Assembly: GCA_000708835.1 (NCBI GenBank)
Contig: DF237004.1
Span: 203,612-267,611 of the forward strand
Reading direction: 5' to 3'
Length of the DNA: 64,000 nt
Source of the DNA: Klebsormidium nitens
Taxonomy: Eukaryota; Plantae; Klebsormidiophyceae
In this document: positions 37,414 to 49,493 of the stretch, one piece after another
How the letters are laid out: each line of letters opens with the position of its first letter
How positions within the stretch are numbered: position 1 is the stretch's first letter
The notes under the pieces: generated by a model
Databases searched by the model: none
What the model was told of the DNA's origin: nothing
Seen by the model: only the letters and a program-made list of their open reading frames with translations
Program-made: the position numbers and the translations under genes

Positions 37414-40400
37414 ATGGCTGGCAGCCACCTTCTCCCAGGGCATGTAATTTCGGTGGCATTGCTCATCATTTCCGCAGCATTGCAAGCTGCAGGAATAAAT
37501 GCCGCGTGCCACTCCACTGCTGAGTGGAAGGCGTGCACAGTGTATCAGATCATGACGGACCGCTTCTCGACGGATGACGGCAGTGCTGGGAACAGCCCTT
37601 GCAGTGATGAGTCCACGGTGTCCTTGGGGTAAGTGCATTTCCCGAAATCAAAGAAAAGTGGAGGTATACTTTATGGTGCTGTTGGTGGTGTATATCGGTT
37701 CATGTGAATACAATCGCCAGAAAAGTGGACGTATAAGTTGATGGTGGTGGTGGTGTATGTATTGGTCTTATGCGTACCCAGCTCTGCTGAAGCAGCAGGA
37801 GATGACAAAATGAAAGGCCCCAACTGTTTCGGTGCCTTGCTGGTGAAAACGGATGGGGCTTATAGGAGAGGGGTGCTCAGAGTTCGACACCTTTTCTGAG
37901 AGTCTCTTTACCGCCCTCCACAGGGCTGAAAGTTGGACTTAAGGGGCACTCTGGTCTGAAAAATGTACTTGCAACTTGCATCCGAAGGTTGACTTGCGAA
38001 CACTCCTGCGTCTGGACAAGTAGAAAGACGCTCCATCTCCACCTTTGATCCTCAGTGTGTGTCCCTGATTTGACTGGATGTTTTGCTTTGCATTGATGAG
38101 TCACAAGACCAAATGCTTGGCATCGAGGCAAACAGCCATGGGGCAGTCGGCCATACTTTTCAATCCTTTCAGAGCGTCTGAAGCAGGTTTGGCAGAACAT
38201 TCACGTAAAGCGACGGCGCAGCACGCCAATGCTTCCCTGGAAAAAGGGCCGAATTACCCAAAAGCATACAAACTCCATTTGCCTGGTCATCCCCATCAGA
38301 AAGCACGCAACTCTCCTTTCTTATTCACCTGTGGTCATCCACAGACAAGGTAGCTTTTTTTGTCCTACAATGTCATTCTAGAAACGTCATGGCTTACTAG
38401 TATCCTTCTTTCACATCACCTGGCCTCGACCATCTAAACACCCCTCCCTAGTCCTATCACAACGTGTCAAGTCGTCATCATTATGTTTGAGGCGGACAAA
38501 GAAAGCTTTCCTCCTCTTGATTCACCACACTTTTCCTTTGCCAGGTACTGTGGCGGCACGTTCAGAGGAATCCAGAACAAGCTGGGTTACATTGCGGGGA
38601 TGGGCTTTGACGCAATCTGGCTGTCGCCGGTGTTTACAACTGTGAGGGACGGATACCATGGATATTGGCCGCGCAACATCTACCAGGTCAACCCCCGGCA
38701 CAGCTCGTGCGGGACTGTTGAGGCGGCGACGCGGGAGCTCAAGTAAGTGTAAGAACCAGATGGCTTTGGAAAGAAACTCAAGTGTTGAGGCGGCAGTGCG
38801 GGAGCTCAAGTGAGCCTGGGAAGCTAACTTCTGTAGGAGGAAGCGGGAGTTTCGAGGGGCCAACGCGGGAGCTTAAGTGAGTCTACAAAGGTAGATTCCT
38901 TAAGATACTGGAAGCCAGGAAAATGGAAAGACAAGGAAAGCATTGTGACGGCAGAGGAGGAGGGGCCGAAACAGGACAGAAAAGAAGAGCTGGGTAGTCA
39001 AGAGTTAGAGAAGATGAGATGCGGGCACCCAAGGGAAGTTTGTTTCACTTCCTTCGGAGGTTAAGCACTGGCGCCAAATGGCGGTTCATACACTTGCTGC
39101 CACGAACCTCGTTACAGTCCACTCGGAGGTCGAGCATCCAGGTGAATGAAGATAGATTGAGTCGCTGTTGTGTAAAGAAAGGGCCCTGTATCGCTTACCA
39201 ACGCTGTCCGGATATTGTGTCCTGCCAGGTCGCTGGTGCGAGCCGCCCACGAACGAGGCCTTCTAGTAATGCTGGACATCGTGCCGAACCACATGGGGGG
39301 CGACTCGATTTCGGCCGACCCGCCAGACTACGCGCACTTTTCGCCGTTCAACAAGTCGGAGTATTTTCACGCATGCCGGGGCGGGGAGCTTTGTAATGGA
39401 GACTGCACCATCAAGGGGGGGGGCTAGATCAGAAACTGCAAAGAGGTAAGTGTAAAGTGACCCATACAGAGAAAGAGAGGAGAGCTCAGAAAAGACACTG
39501 CGAAAACGAAGGATGCTGTAAAAACGATTGATGCACGGGGAAGTGCAGTAAAGTGTCCAGAAAAGAAAGAGAATGAGACTGAAGCAAAGAAGGAATGAGA
39601 AAGAGGAGGGTAGACAGAAAGGCAATAGAGCTTAGGACGAGCCGTCAAGAAAGCGGAAGGACAGAATAAACGAAGACGTAAAACGGACGGAAAAGAGCAA
39701 GACAAAGAGAAAGCAGAAAAAGGACGAGCCGAGTGAAAGCAAAAGGACAAAAACGAAGACAGGAAATTGAGAAAAAAGAAGGAAGACAAAATGGAGAGAA
39801 GTTAAGGAAGTATTTTAACGATCTGCAGGTGGGGCGGCGGGGCGTGGAGCAGTGCCGGGAGACGCACGGCCTTATCGACCTGAACGACTCGCACCCGTAC
39901 GTGCGGGAGACATTCACCCACTGGATAAAGTGGGTGAGCAAGCAGACTCGCTCAGCAAAACGTGCACTTTCTTGAGCAGACACCACGTGTATCGAAATCA
40001 ATGGGGTTCGGGTCGATGCGGCCGGCTTCGGTTTTGGGTGCCTAAACGGCGCTTCAGGATTTCGGAACCGGGTTGGAGAACTGCCCCGTGCCGTCCTCCA
40101 TTGTTCATGCTATCCGAGGCAACGAGTGACATCCGCCTTCAATCCACCGACCTTTTTGCAGTCAGCTGGAGGAGGAACTTACAGACGAGGATGCGCCACT
40201 TTCATCATCTGTCGTCTCCTTCTTTCTTCTCATCTGCTTTGGCTGCCCCCCGGTTCTTGCTTCTCTCCGTCTTCACCTTTTCGTTGCTCACGGTTTAAAC
40301 ACAAGAATTCACTAAGTCGCCCTGACAGGAACGAAAGCAACACCCAGAAAGGAGCTAAACACACATCCTTATCAAAGCCTCCGGTCTTTCAGGTTGAGAA

Positions 40401-43400
40401 CGACTTCGACTTCGACGGCTGGCGCGCCGACTCGGCCAAGCATATGCCCGTCAGCTTTTGGAAAGCGCTCAAGGTGAGAAACGCCGACCGCTGAGAGAGC
40501 CGCAGACTAGGGTGCTTGAAAGCTTCTTTCGAGTATTGAAGGGCGTGAGGAAACTACCAGGGCCGCCTGCTTGGTAGAAAGACAACGATTTGGAAAGTCG
40601 CGTCAGGTCTGATATGTGTAAGAGAAGCTTGAAAGCAATTTCTGCCTTACCGTGAGAAAGTCAGGTTGCTAAGAACTTACTCTGAACTTTCGGAGTAGCT
40701 TCTGACCCAAACATTTGTTCTGGCCAATGACGGCTTAAATCACTTCAGCACAAATAGGCGCCTATTTGTGTCGAAACATTGTGATTGGGGCAACAAAGAA
40801 AACCTTCAGTTTCAGAAACAACAAGGATGAGCAGATACGACTAGAACCAGGAAATACGCCAACATAGGCAAAACCACTTCGACAACCATCCTCTGTATAC
40901 AGAAAGAAGCATCATCTTAACCTCTTTCTTTAAATCAAGTCACTTTATATCTTTCAACCCCTTTTTCTAGGCAGCGTCAGAGTGCTACACGGTCGGCGAG
41001 GTCTACAGCGGGGACTCGTGCTTCGTGGGCACTTACCAAAAGGGGGGGGCCATGGACGGGCTACTTTCATACCCCTCTACTACACGCTGAGTAACGTCTT
41101 CGCGTTCCGGGACTGCCCCGACTGCCCCATGTCCCGACTGGGGGAGCGCTTTTGGCAATATAAGACGGCGTTTGCTGACGGGGACGCGCTCGGGACGTTT
41201 CTCGACAACCACGTGAGCGATTCAAGCGATCTGATGTCGGCCTGTCTCCCTCTCGCTTCCCCACCCTTCCCGTTTTCCTTTCCGCTCTTCTTGTGAGTCG
41301 CTTTCATTGCATTCCTTCTCTTTCTTGTCACAACCTGTCACTTCTTCACTTCTTCGGCGCACTTCGCTATTATCTGCTACGTCATGCAGACGGGCGAGAA
41401 CTCGTTCGAGGTTTCCAGCCGCGCCAATGGGTTTGATGAAGTTGACGTCAACAAGCGCTCACGGGTTGCGCCTCAAACGAGATAACCCAAGCAGCTAAGA
41501 AGCAAAGCGCATCGCCTGAACACGTGGCTCTGAACGCCATTCCCCCCACGTGGGGTTGCAACAGCTTCTGCAATACTCGGTAACCGCTCTCCATGATGCG
41601 GCCGCTTCTGACGTGACTTTTCCTGATGACGTGGCCGGTCTTGCAGGACCAGGACCGGTTCTTCCAGTACGTACCGGGCGGCGACTTGCAGCTCGCGAAA
41701 AGCGCGCTCACGTATTTGCTGCTCAGTCAAGGCATCCCCATCGGTACGTTGCTTCCCCTTCACACCAGTCTCTCCCTCTTCTGGTTCTTCTTTGTTCTTT
41801 GTTCATCCTCCTTTTGTCATTTTTTTGAATATTCTTTACCTCAATTTCATTTCCGGCTTGGACTGGATCTATTGATTGTTCTCGTTTGCTTTCTACACCT
41901 TTCTTCGTACTTTTAGGTCGCCGCTTTTCCAACGGTTGAAGCGCTCGGCGAGCGTGCCCCGGGCCAGGGGGCGCGGGTGTGGAGAACAGGATCCGAAAGT
42001 CCTTACTCGACGTTTCCTGAAATTAGGATTGCAGGGCCACGTGTACCATCTCCGCCGGGCGCAACCTACTTAATCTGAGCCCTGAGCTTTATACCGGACG
42101 GCTTCGATCGACCATGTGACTTACCGGGCACTCCGGACAATCGGCAAACGCGCAGACTGGCAAGCTAGGGGATACGAAGTTCAGCCCCCTACGCTAGCCT
42201 CCGGAGTTTCGAAATTTCCCGAAATCGGGAACCTGAGCTGATTTTCTCTATCCTTTTCTCCATACCCGCCCTTCGGCCAGGCCGGGGCGCCGCGAGGACC
42301 CCCCCTTTCGATATTATTTTCTGATTTTTTGGTTTTTCAATCCTCTTCGGTCCCCACCTTGCTCGGACCCTGAGGCTTAGCGTCTTTCCTTCTCGACGTC
42401 CGCTGGTTGTTTGCTACGTCTCAATAATTCGCCAGCACACTTCATCATATTGGCACATTTAAACACTTCCGCTGTTCTGCTGCGCAATTTACTACGGAAC
42501 GGAGCAGGCCCTGACCGGAACGAACGACCAGAGCAGGTGAGGCGCATACCTGCCGAGCCCAACTCCCCAACTCCTCCGTTTCCTTCCGGCTGGTTCGGTT
42601 CGCCTCTAATTTGCATCTTCTCTTCCTGACACGACTCGGCCTCGTCTGGTTTTGTCCCGGGAGATATTGTGCAGCTTTGCGTCTTCAGAAGCAAGGGTTT
42701 CCTTTTGCATTGCTTCTAGGCTTACCGTGGTACTGCGGTGCTCGCTTTCAGACCAGCAAAGGACGCTGCTATCAATCCCCTTGCCATCCCAATTTTGCTT
42801 TTGCCTTCAGTCTGTATTCGCTTCTCGCGCGCCAGCAGGCTTGCATACAACAGACTTGCCAACTCGAGGCGACTTTGCAAGTTCGTCAAAAGCCAAACGC
42901 GAATCTTTAAAACAGGATCGGTGCGCAAGTGCTCGTTTCGCTCCTTTTCGCTTCGGTTCCGCTACTCATTCGGAGCCGGAAGCCTTCTTGGGTGAACGAA
43001 GAATTTGATGTCGGTCTGAGACATTGCGACTTTGCTGCAAACGGCGTGCACTCTTGTAGTCCGTTTCCTTCGAGTATTTGCTGAGTTCCGCTCTGCTCCA
43101 TGCAGGAACCGGAAACCTCTCTGGTGGATAGGGTTCGACACTTCGGCGCCGCTCTACAAGTTCATCGCCTTTGTGAACAAGATTCGAGGGACGTACCGCG
43201 TGTGGCGCTATCCGCAAAAGGAGGGCTGGAGCGTGAGGAAACGCGGACGCTCTTTTGCTCTTCGTCTTTCTTCCCTGTTTTTGGCCCTCCAATCCTCTTG
43301 GCTGGTTGACACGAGCAGCCGTCAAGCCCCGCAATGCTGACCCCACTTCTCTGCGCGTTATCAGACGCCGGTCGCCATGGCCGCTTGCACAACAATGCAT

Positions 43401-43931
43401 ATCCGTAGTATCTCCACTCTTTCTCGCCCTTCCAACTTTTGGCGTCTTCTTCCCTGTTATGTTCGTTCGTTTCCTTTTCTTTCTTCTTGTACGTTCCCTC
43501 AACATTTTGGACGTTTCTTCCCTGTTTGTTTCCCAGCATTCTTCATTCAATCTTCGAACGTCTCCCCTGGATAATACCACCGCTTTCGCCTCCGGGTAAT
43601 TCCCAGACCCGCTAAGAAAGTAAAGGCGTTTCCCCTCAAGTCTCGTTCTCCCTCTTGGCAGGGCGACGATCTGTACGTCTTCACGCGCGGCCCCGTCCTG
43701 GTCGCGCTGACGAACCGCCGCGCGCCAAACCCCCAAACCCTGCCAGGGACGTCGCACAACTTCCGCCCGGGGGAGCGCGTGTGCAACTTGTTCTTTCCGT
43801 CCGCTGACTGCGAAACCGTCGGCGCGGACGGAACGCTGAGGATCGTACTGCTGAACGGAGAGCAAAAGATCTTTGTGCCCAAAAGGACGCTTCGGACAGT
43901 GGGGTTAGACGAGCGAGTTTCGGACGGTTAG
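37414..43931 (+). CDS. Secreted alpha-amylase, GH13 catalytic domain of fungal Taka-amylase type (GH13_1-like), 10 exons; two splice sites appear mutated (possible young pseudogene or assembly errors)
   Basis: Signal peptide, then [73 protein letters not shown] (nucleophile D); VGEVY (acid/base E); FLDNH|DQDRF; GIPIVYYGTEQ; NRKPLWWIGFDTSAPLYKFIAFVNKIR; YVFTRG. Stop TAG at 43929-43931. Confidence 0.9.
38711..38882 (+). repeat. Donor echo array: three 67-bp-period copies of amylase exon 2 end + 5' splice site
   Basis: gcgggagctcaa|gtaagt (GT 38743, real), gcgggagctcaa|gtgagc (GT 38810), gcgggagcttaa|gtgagt (GT 38877). Confidence 0.9.
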
Positions 43932-46900
43932 TTAATGACTTGCCTAGTTACCGGTAAGGCGCCCGGTGCTCGCGCGTAATGTCAAGTACAGAAGTGGTTC
44001 GTCGCATAGCTTGAGCAAATCACTCATGTCGCCAGGATTCTGTCGAAAAAAGGCGCTAGAAGTTGCTCATTTTCGGTGCGACTCTCAAGTAAGAGAGCGC
44101 GAAAACGGCTGTCCTTACGGATTAGCGTACACCGCTCTTGGCCAGTTGCCAAAGTGGTAGATGCGCTCGTACGTCTCGGCCTGTGCATACGACTCCTGAA
44201 TCCAAATTACAACGTACGTACGTCTCGCGATGTGTCTTGGATAGCAGCTTGACCGGACGTGATCAAACGTTTGATACGGATGCCTTTCCACCAAACTCAA
44301 AGCAGGCGCGATCTGTTATACGCAATCCAGAATACGAAAAAAATCCTGATGGTTGCATGCAATCGCCGAACATTGGGCACTGAGCAACAATAAATCCGCG
44401 CTATTAATCGACGTACGTATCCACTTCCCTCAACTAGATTCTGGATCGCAACTTAAATGTCAATCTCGTGACTTTCACGTGCCTGATCGACTATATAGAA
44501 TAGACTTCGAATATAGTTGCAGGCTCAAGTAAGAGATGTACGTGGTCTACTCGTAATTGGCCGCATAATCTGATGTTGAACCTCTCCTGAGGCGCGAGCT
44601 CTGGGATAGTGTCCTTCAATCCGATCCCATGTGACCTGTTTCATCGCGGTGTGACAACTGCCAAGCCCGCGCGATTAACATGTGCTAGCTGTACGTCTTC
44701 AAGTCCTACTCTTAGGCTTGCTCTGAGCTGCCCCACTTTTTCAACCTCGCAACTGAGATCTTATGTAGCTTGCCCTCCTCCTCGTACAACAAAGCGTCCC
44801 ATCTGTTCAAATCCGCAAGCCTTGCCGCCGTGGCTTCTGATAAATTATGCGAACGCACCACCAGCCCCGTGCTAGCGTCATCCAACGTGGTCGGGTTGAT
44901 TACGGTGTCCTCGAGAGGACCCACTATTTCTTTCATGTTAAACAAGCGAGAGACAACGGGGGCCAAGGGCTTGACGTCCGACATGTTTTCGGCTACGAAC
45001 ACCAGCGCGAAGCTGCGCAGGTTGCGCAGCGCGCACTCGTAGTGCTCGCGCGTCACTTCGGCGAGCAGCGCGCGCGGCGTGTCTCCTTCGACTAAACGCT
45101 CCTCAGCAGAGGCGCCGTCTTCCAGTTGGACACCTGTAATACATGACGGTCATTTCGGGAATGATCACAGCCAAACGATTATGGCCAAAAACCAAGCTCT
45201 CAAGTAAGAAGATCCCGACTGACCTCTGAAAGCTAACCCAAACATTTGCCTGCTCCGCCCCCGTAGCCATCCTGATCCCCCAAAGTAACCCTCAGACTAA
45301 CGATCTTTTCAATTCCTGCCGCTTTCCATTCCTGATTAAGACCCTCACCTGTTTCACGGTTGCATAAGACCCGTGTCATGTGGTTGCTTGTCTGAAAACC
45401 GCCGAATCGGAAATCGTCATCCCAGACGAATTCGTCGAACGTCGCGTTGCCAGCTGGCGGAACGACCGGCGAAAGCTTCCCCGTCTGGATGTTCCAGTTC
45501 CACCAGCTGACGACACGGGACACCGGGTGCCGGAGCGTGGTGACGTAAGCGAAGGTGCCCCGGTGGCCGATCGAGTGGAGGCCGTACGAGAAGTGGCCGC
45601 TGACGAGACGCGCGCGCTGGAAAGTGCGCTGGATGCGGGCGCGTATCGGCGCTGTGAAGCTGTGGTATTTCGCCACGTAGCTATAGGAGAAGATCCATGA
45701 TATGCAATCCATGTTTTGCCAGGCTGGGCTGCAGGGGTCAAAAGAGATATTGTTTTGGAACTCAAGATGCCAGAAGCTATATTATTCTTCCTCTGCTTTG
45801 AAGAGAAGGAAAGAGAAGCTCTGACCTTTGCATTCGACACTTTTTGCTTGGAACAGCCTGTCGTAGTTGATTCCTAAGGACATGACGGAGTCGCTTATTT
45901 GGGTTGCGGTTGTTAGTTGTTCCCTGCAGAAAAGGTCTGGATGAAATTTGAAGCATTGCTTGGATCGAAGATACAGATCGTCTGGTCAAGCTGTTCATCA
46001 CAAGGCACGTAAACCTTCGTCAAAAGCTTACTCGTCCCAAGCCGCCATCCCTTGGCAGTTTTCCGGATCGTACTCTGCATAATGCAGCAGATTGAAGAGC
46101 CGATTGCAAGTTTCTCCTTCCAGTCCCTCGAGCGCGCGCATGTTCGGCTCGCACTCCGTCATGCTGACATCAGTCGAGAACATGACGTCAAGAGTGCTGC
46201 TGGCCGCTTTCTGGATCCTCAAGAGGAACACCGTCGCACGGCCCGCGAGGAATTCCTCGTGTAGGGGCTCCAGAGGAAGCAGTTCGATCCTGTATACAAG
46301 AAAGGTTTTGGCCTTTAACCATGGATGGTTATGAGCTGGTTACGGGCTCGTTAGAAATAGTTCTATGTCCAAGCACCAGACTTGGGCGGTAACCAGCCAC
46401 AATGTTGAAGCCCGGTTAATTGTCCAATAAGCTGAGAGTCAATTCTTGTAACCAGCCAGGGTAGCAGCCAAACTCTTGTCTTCAAGAACACGGAATACTT
46501 TGCTCCAAAACGGGGACTCCTCCTCATGGGGCGGGACCCCTGGATGCATTCAAAAGTTGCATCAGAGGTGTAATCAAAAGCACGGATCTTCGACATCAGC
46601 GTTTGGTAATGAGTTAATTATGGTTTGGTTGAATAACCCCACATCAACAGAGAGTTATGCTTCCAAACGTCCATTCGAATATTCAATCGACAGCCGAGTC
46701 GATTGGATCCTGATCATATGTTTGGTTTTAGTATTGATCAACTCAGTTCCAAACCGCTGATGCAGAAGAACAATATCATTATCACTATAAATCAAAGCCC
46801 GGTTTAAGATCGTTCGCTGAGGCCGTTTTGATCTCAGAGATCCAGCTTTTAAGATCAAAAAGGTCTGACACAACTTTTAAGACCAAAATACCCTGAAAAT

Positions 46901-47900
46901 CTGAATAGGTTCAAAATCGAAGTGGCCTCACAACGAGCTTAAACCGGGCTATCATTTATAGTGAATGCCTGAAGCTTAAAACCCAAGGAACTTACTCTTC
47001 ATCCGCCACATCTCTTTCTTCCGTGTCAGCGCTTTTTCCGTCATAATCCCATCCATGTATCTGGATATCATCCTCTTCCGTTGCGCTTATCATATTCGGG
47101 GCAGTATCGTTCTGAATTTGGAGTCCGACGACTGAGTGCTCCAGGGTGCCACTAATCTTGCTCCAGGTCACCCTAGTATAGAGCGCCCCATGAAAAAGGA
47201 AAGTGTAAGCCGCCAAAAACGACCAGAACAAAACGATTGTGACAAGACACTTCCGGTTTTTGAATGCTGCCAGTGCGAAGCCTGTGCGGGGGTTCGGGGG
47301 ATCCATTCTAAAGAGAGTGAGAAAAGAGCCTTCCAGGAACAGTCCTCTCTATCTTCTCAGACCATTGTCGTCCGTTGGGTCTCTTTTCTATCTCGATAAA
47401 CCTGTCTGCTCTTTCTCAGAAGGAGGGGATCCACCCTTTAAAGTCGGGTGGAGCTAGGCTGGCGGCTGCTACAGCCGTTTTTTGAAGTCCACAGGCTTGC
47501 TTTAGATCCTGCGGGTCACGTCAAGCGGCCAAAGATACCAAGAGAAGAAAGTGCAAACCGCGGAGAACTCAAGGAGACAAGACCATGTGGGCAGTTTGCT
47601 GGATATCACCTCTACAAAATTGCACATGGGTCAGCGTAGGGAAACAGATGTGGCTGCTCAATTTGCGTGAGAACCTCGGCCTTAACGAAGAGACCTGGTC
47701 TTGTTGTGCGACATGAAATCCCACAGCCTGAGACTTGCCAACTCATGCTTGGTTTTCTGGGTGATCAATTTGCAGCCCTCAAAGGATGATGTGACGCGAC
47801 CCAGCCGAAGAACGTTGATGTGACAGGAGCGGGCCAGGATTCACAACTCTGACTATTCGGTGTGGTTGTCATATTATGGTTGGCTAGCGAGAAGCTTAGA
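43855..47900. repeat. Segmental duplication copy A (amylase 3' end, intergenic DNA, sulfotransferase and its upstream region); copy B is at ~50108-54600
   Basis: 43860 agcaaaagatctttgtgcccaaaagg..gtggggttag..ggtaaggcgcccggtgctcg matches 50121 gcaaaaggtcttcgtgcc..gtggggttag..ggtaaggcgcccggtgctcg. Collinear similarity continues through both sulfotransferase genes. The outer boundaries are approximate. Confidence 0.85.
44712..47306 (-). CDS. Type II membrane Golgi carbohydrate sulfotransferase (Sulfotransfer_2-like, HS2ST/UST-type motifs), copy A, 4 exons, intact
   Basis: N-terminal TM segment (LVTIVLFWSFLAAYTFLF); 5'-PAPS loop FLLRIQKAASSTL; LVSGHFSYG; 3'-PAPS motif YVTTLRHPVSRVVSWWNW; NHMTRVLC; ALRNLRSFALVFVAE; LNRWDALLYE. 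All four exons join in phase. Confidence 0.85.
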
Positions 47901-48089
47901 AACGCAGCGGGTCGATCGCTCGGCCGGTGCGATTTGACGTACATGTGGACCGATCATCGATGCCATGATCCGGCTAGGCGTTTGTTTTCACCTAGGTAAG
48001 AGGATAAGAGTATACGTCTGCGCGCAGGCACAGATGCATTTGTTTACGTGCCATAAGTACTTTTCGTGACTAGTAAACCCCAATAAAAA

Positions 48090-48319
48090 GGTCAGGTAAA
48101 CGAGTCCTTGTTCTGCTTCGCTCAACTTCAGAGCTTGTTTCGGAGCCTCGGTCTTAAGTAAGCCAGTTCTGTTTCCATGCACTTGCGCCTCTACCAGAAA
48201 CCGGTTCCGGCGTGCGCTTTCCGTTCCATCAGGCAGCGGAACCCCTCGTCCGTGAAGCGCACCGAGACTTGCGCAAAGTGCGCGCAAGTCGTGACTGTTT
48301 GCGCGAGGTTGTTCGAGGA
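48090..48319 (-). pseudogene. DUF3626-like pseudogene, C-terminal half
   Basis: SSNNLAQTVTTCAHFAQVSVRFTDEGFRCLMER and, after a frameshift, FLVEAQVHG align to STEDLAQTVATCEHLAHVLVRFTDEEIRCLVER..FLIEAQVHG of the 20133-21008 gene. Confidence 0.85.
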
Positions 48320-49493
48320 TGCTAGCAGGCGCAGGCCGGGCTCAGTGGTCAAAGTGATATGCGGCCGCGGCCGCCGGCGAGTCACGGACGGTCAGGGGTG
48401 CGGCGGGGCTCCGCGGCCGCCCGCGCTCAGTGGAGGACCACTTGCCACGAACAAGAACAACGGAATCATGTACCTAAAGAGCAAGGAGGACTACGAAAGG
48501 CGTGCTAGCGTGTTGCCGTACAAGTTCTCAATGAAGGAGCGCGGGGCGCCCGATGATGGGCGGGCGAGGAAAAGCGCCAGATGAAGAGAGCGGCCGCGCC
48601 GAAGCTGGACGGCTCAGCCTAAAGAGTACAGCCTGAGAGTTTGTTCACTGGCTGATATAGGGTATAAGTGGGGCAGAAGCTCTGGACAAGATACAAGCGC
48701 GAGGAGGCGGCAGACTGTATGAGTTGGCTGCAGAAGAATGATCGGAAGTCCCTGGTTGACTGGTTTGCTGGCGCCAGGTGCGAAGAAGAGGCGCCATGCC
48801 TTGGAGGTTTTGTTCAGTATCATGTTTGAAGGAGCGCCCTTGGGCTGCACTCTGGCTGACGGGACCACAATAGCGGTGAAGTAAAAAGGACCAAACCTCA
48901 ACAAGGTCTGCTGAGATTAGGTGAGAATTTCCAACACAGTTGAGTCCCCTCTCACGACAAGAAGTGTTCATATTGCTCACTTTCTTCAGATCATTTCGAG
49001 AGGAATTACAGCCAACGTCTCCGGCTGATCGATACGCTCCTCTAACATGTACTGGCGTGTCTTTTGCGATTTCTGTAAAGGAAAATTAGAAAGGAAGCAC
49101 TCAGATATTGATGAGTTGCCCGTCCAAGAAACAGACGTAAAGCTACTCCTGCTGAAGTTGGATGAAGCGCGCGTGGCAATCAGCGGGGCGCATTCGACCT
49201 GAGATTCTGAAGCTCGTTGCTGATTATGATCTGCTCTTCTTAAGATGGGGGCTCCCTCACGCGCGCTTCTTCCAGATGAACTGATACTTGTGAATTTCCA
49301 AGCTTGCATCCAGCAACTAACAAACTTGATGAGTGACTAGAACGAAGCCAGCTGCTGAACTCACTTAGCAACAATCCGACTTCAAAACGTTGTTCTTCTG
49401 CAGGCAAGACATCTGTTGAAGCCTCGTTGTGTTTGCCAATCAACGGGGGCAGCAGCCAAACTAAAACTTCCGAATCAGCTGCGCATCTTCGAG

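Noticed and set aside
39425-39427. In-frame TAG in the amylase as evidence for stop-codon reassignment or readthrough
   Set aside because: TAG is the normal terminator of TM9SF (27452), the DUF3626-like gene and the amylase itself (43929); a damaged donor site explains it more simply.
39424-39800. Purine-rich tract giving Lys/Glu/Arg-rich and Phe/Leu/Ser-rich ORFs (similar tracts at ~41720-41910 and ~43250-43560)
   Set aside because: Low-complexity intronic sequence between well-defined amylase exons.
42966-43865. 299-aa minus-strand ORF
   Set aside because: Antisense to the last two amylase exons and a pyrimidine-rich intron; composition is low-complexity.
48320-48600. Possible continuation of the duplicated amylase last exon across the inversion breakpoint (EPGLRLL vs DGTLRIVLL)
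   Set aside because: The similarity is limited to a few residues and does not extend upstream.
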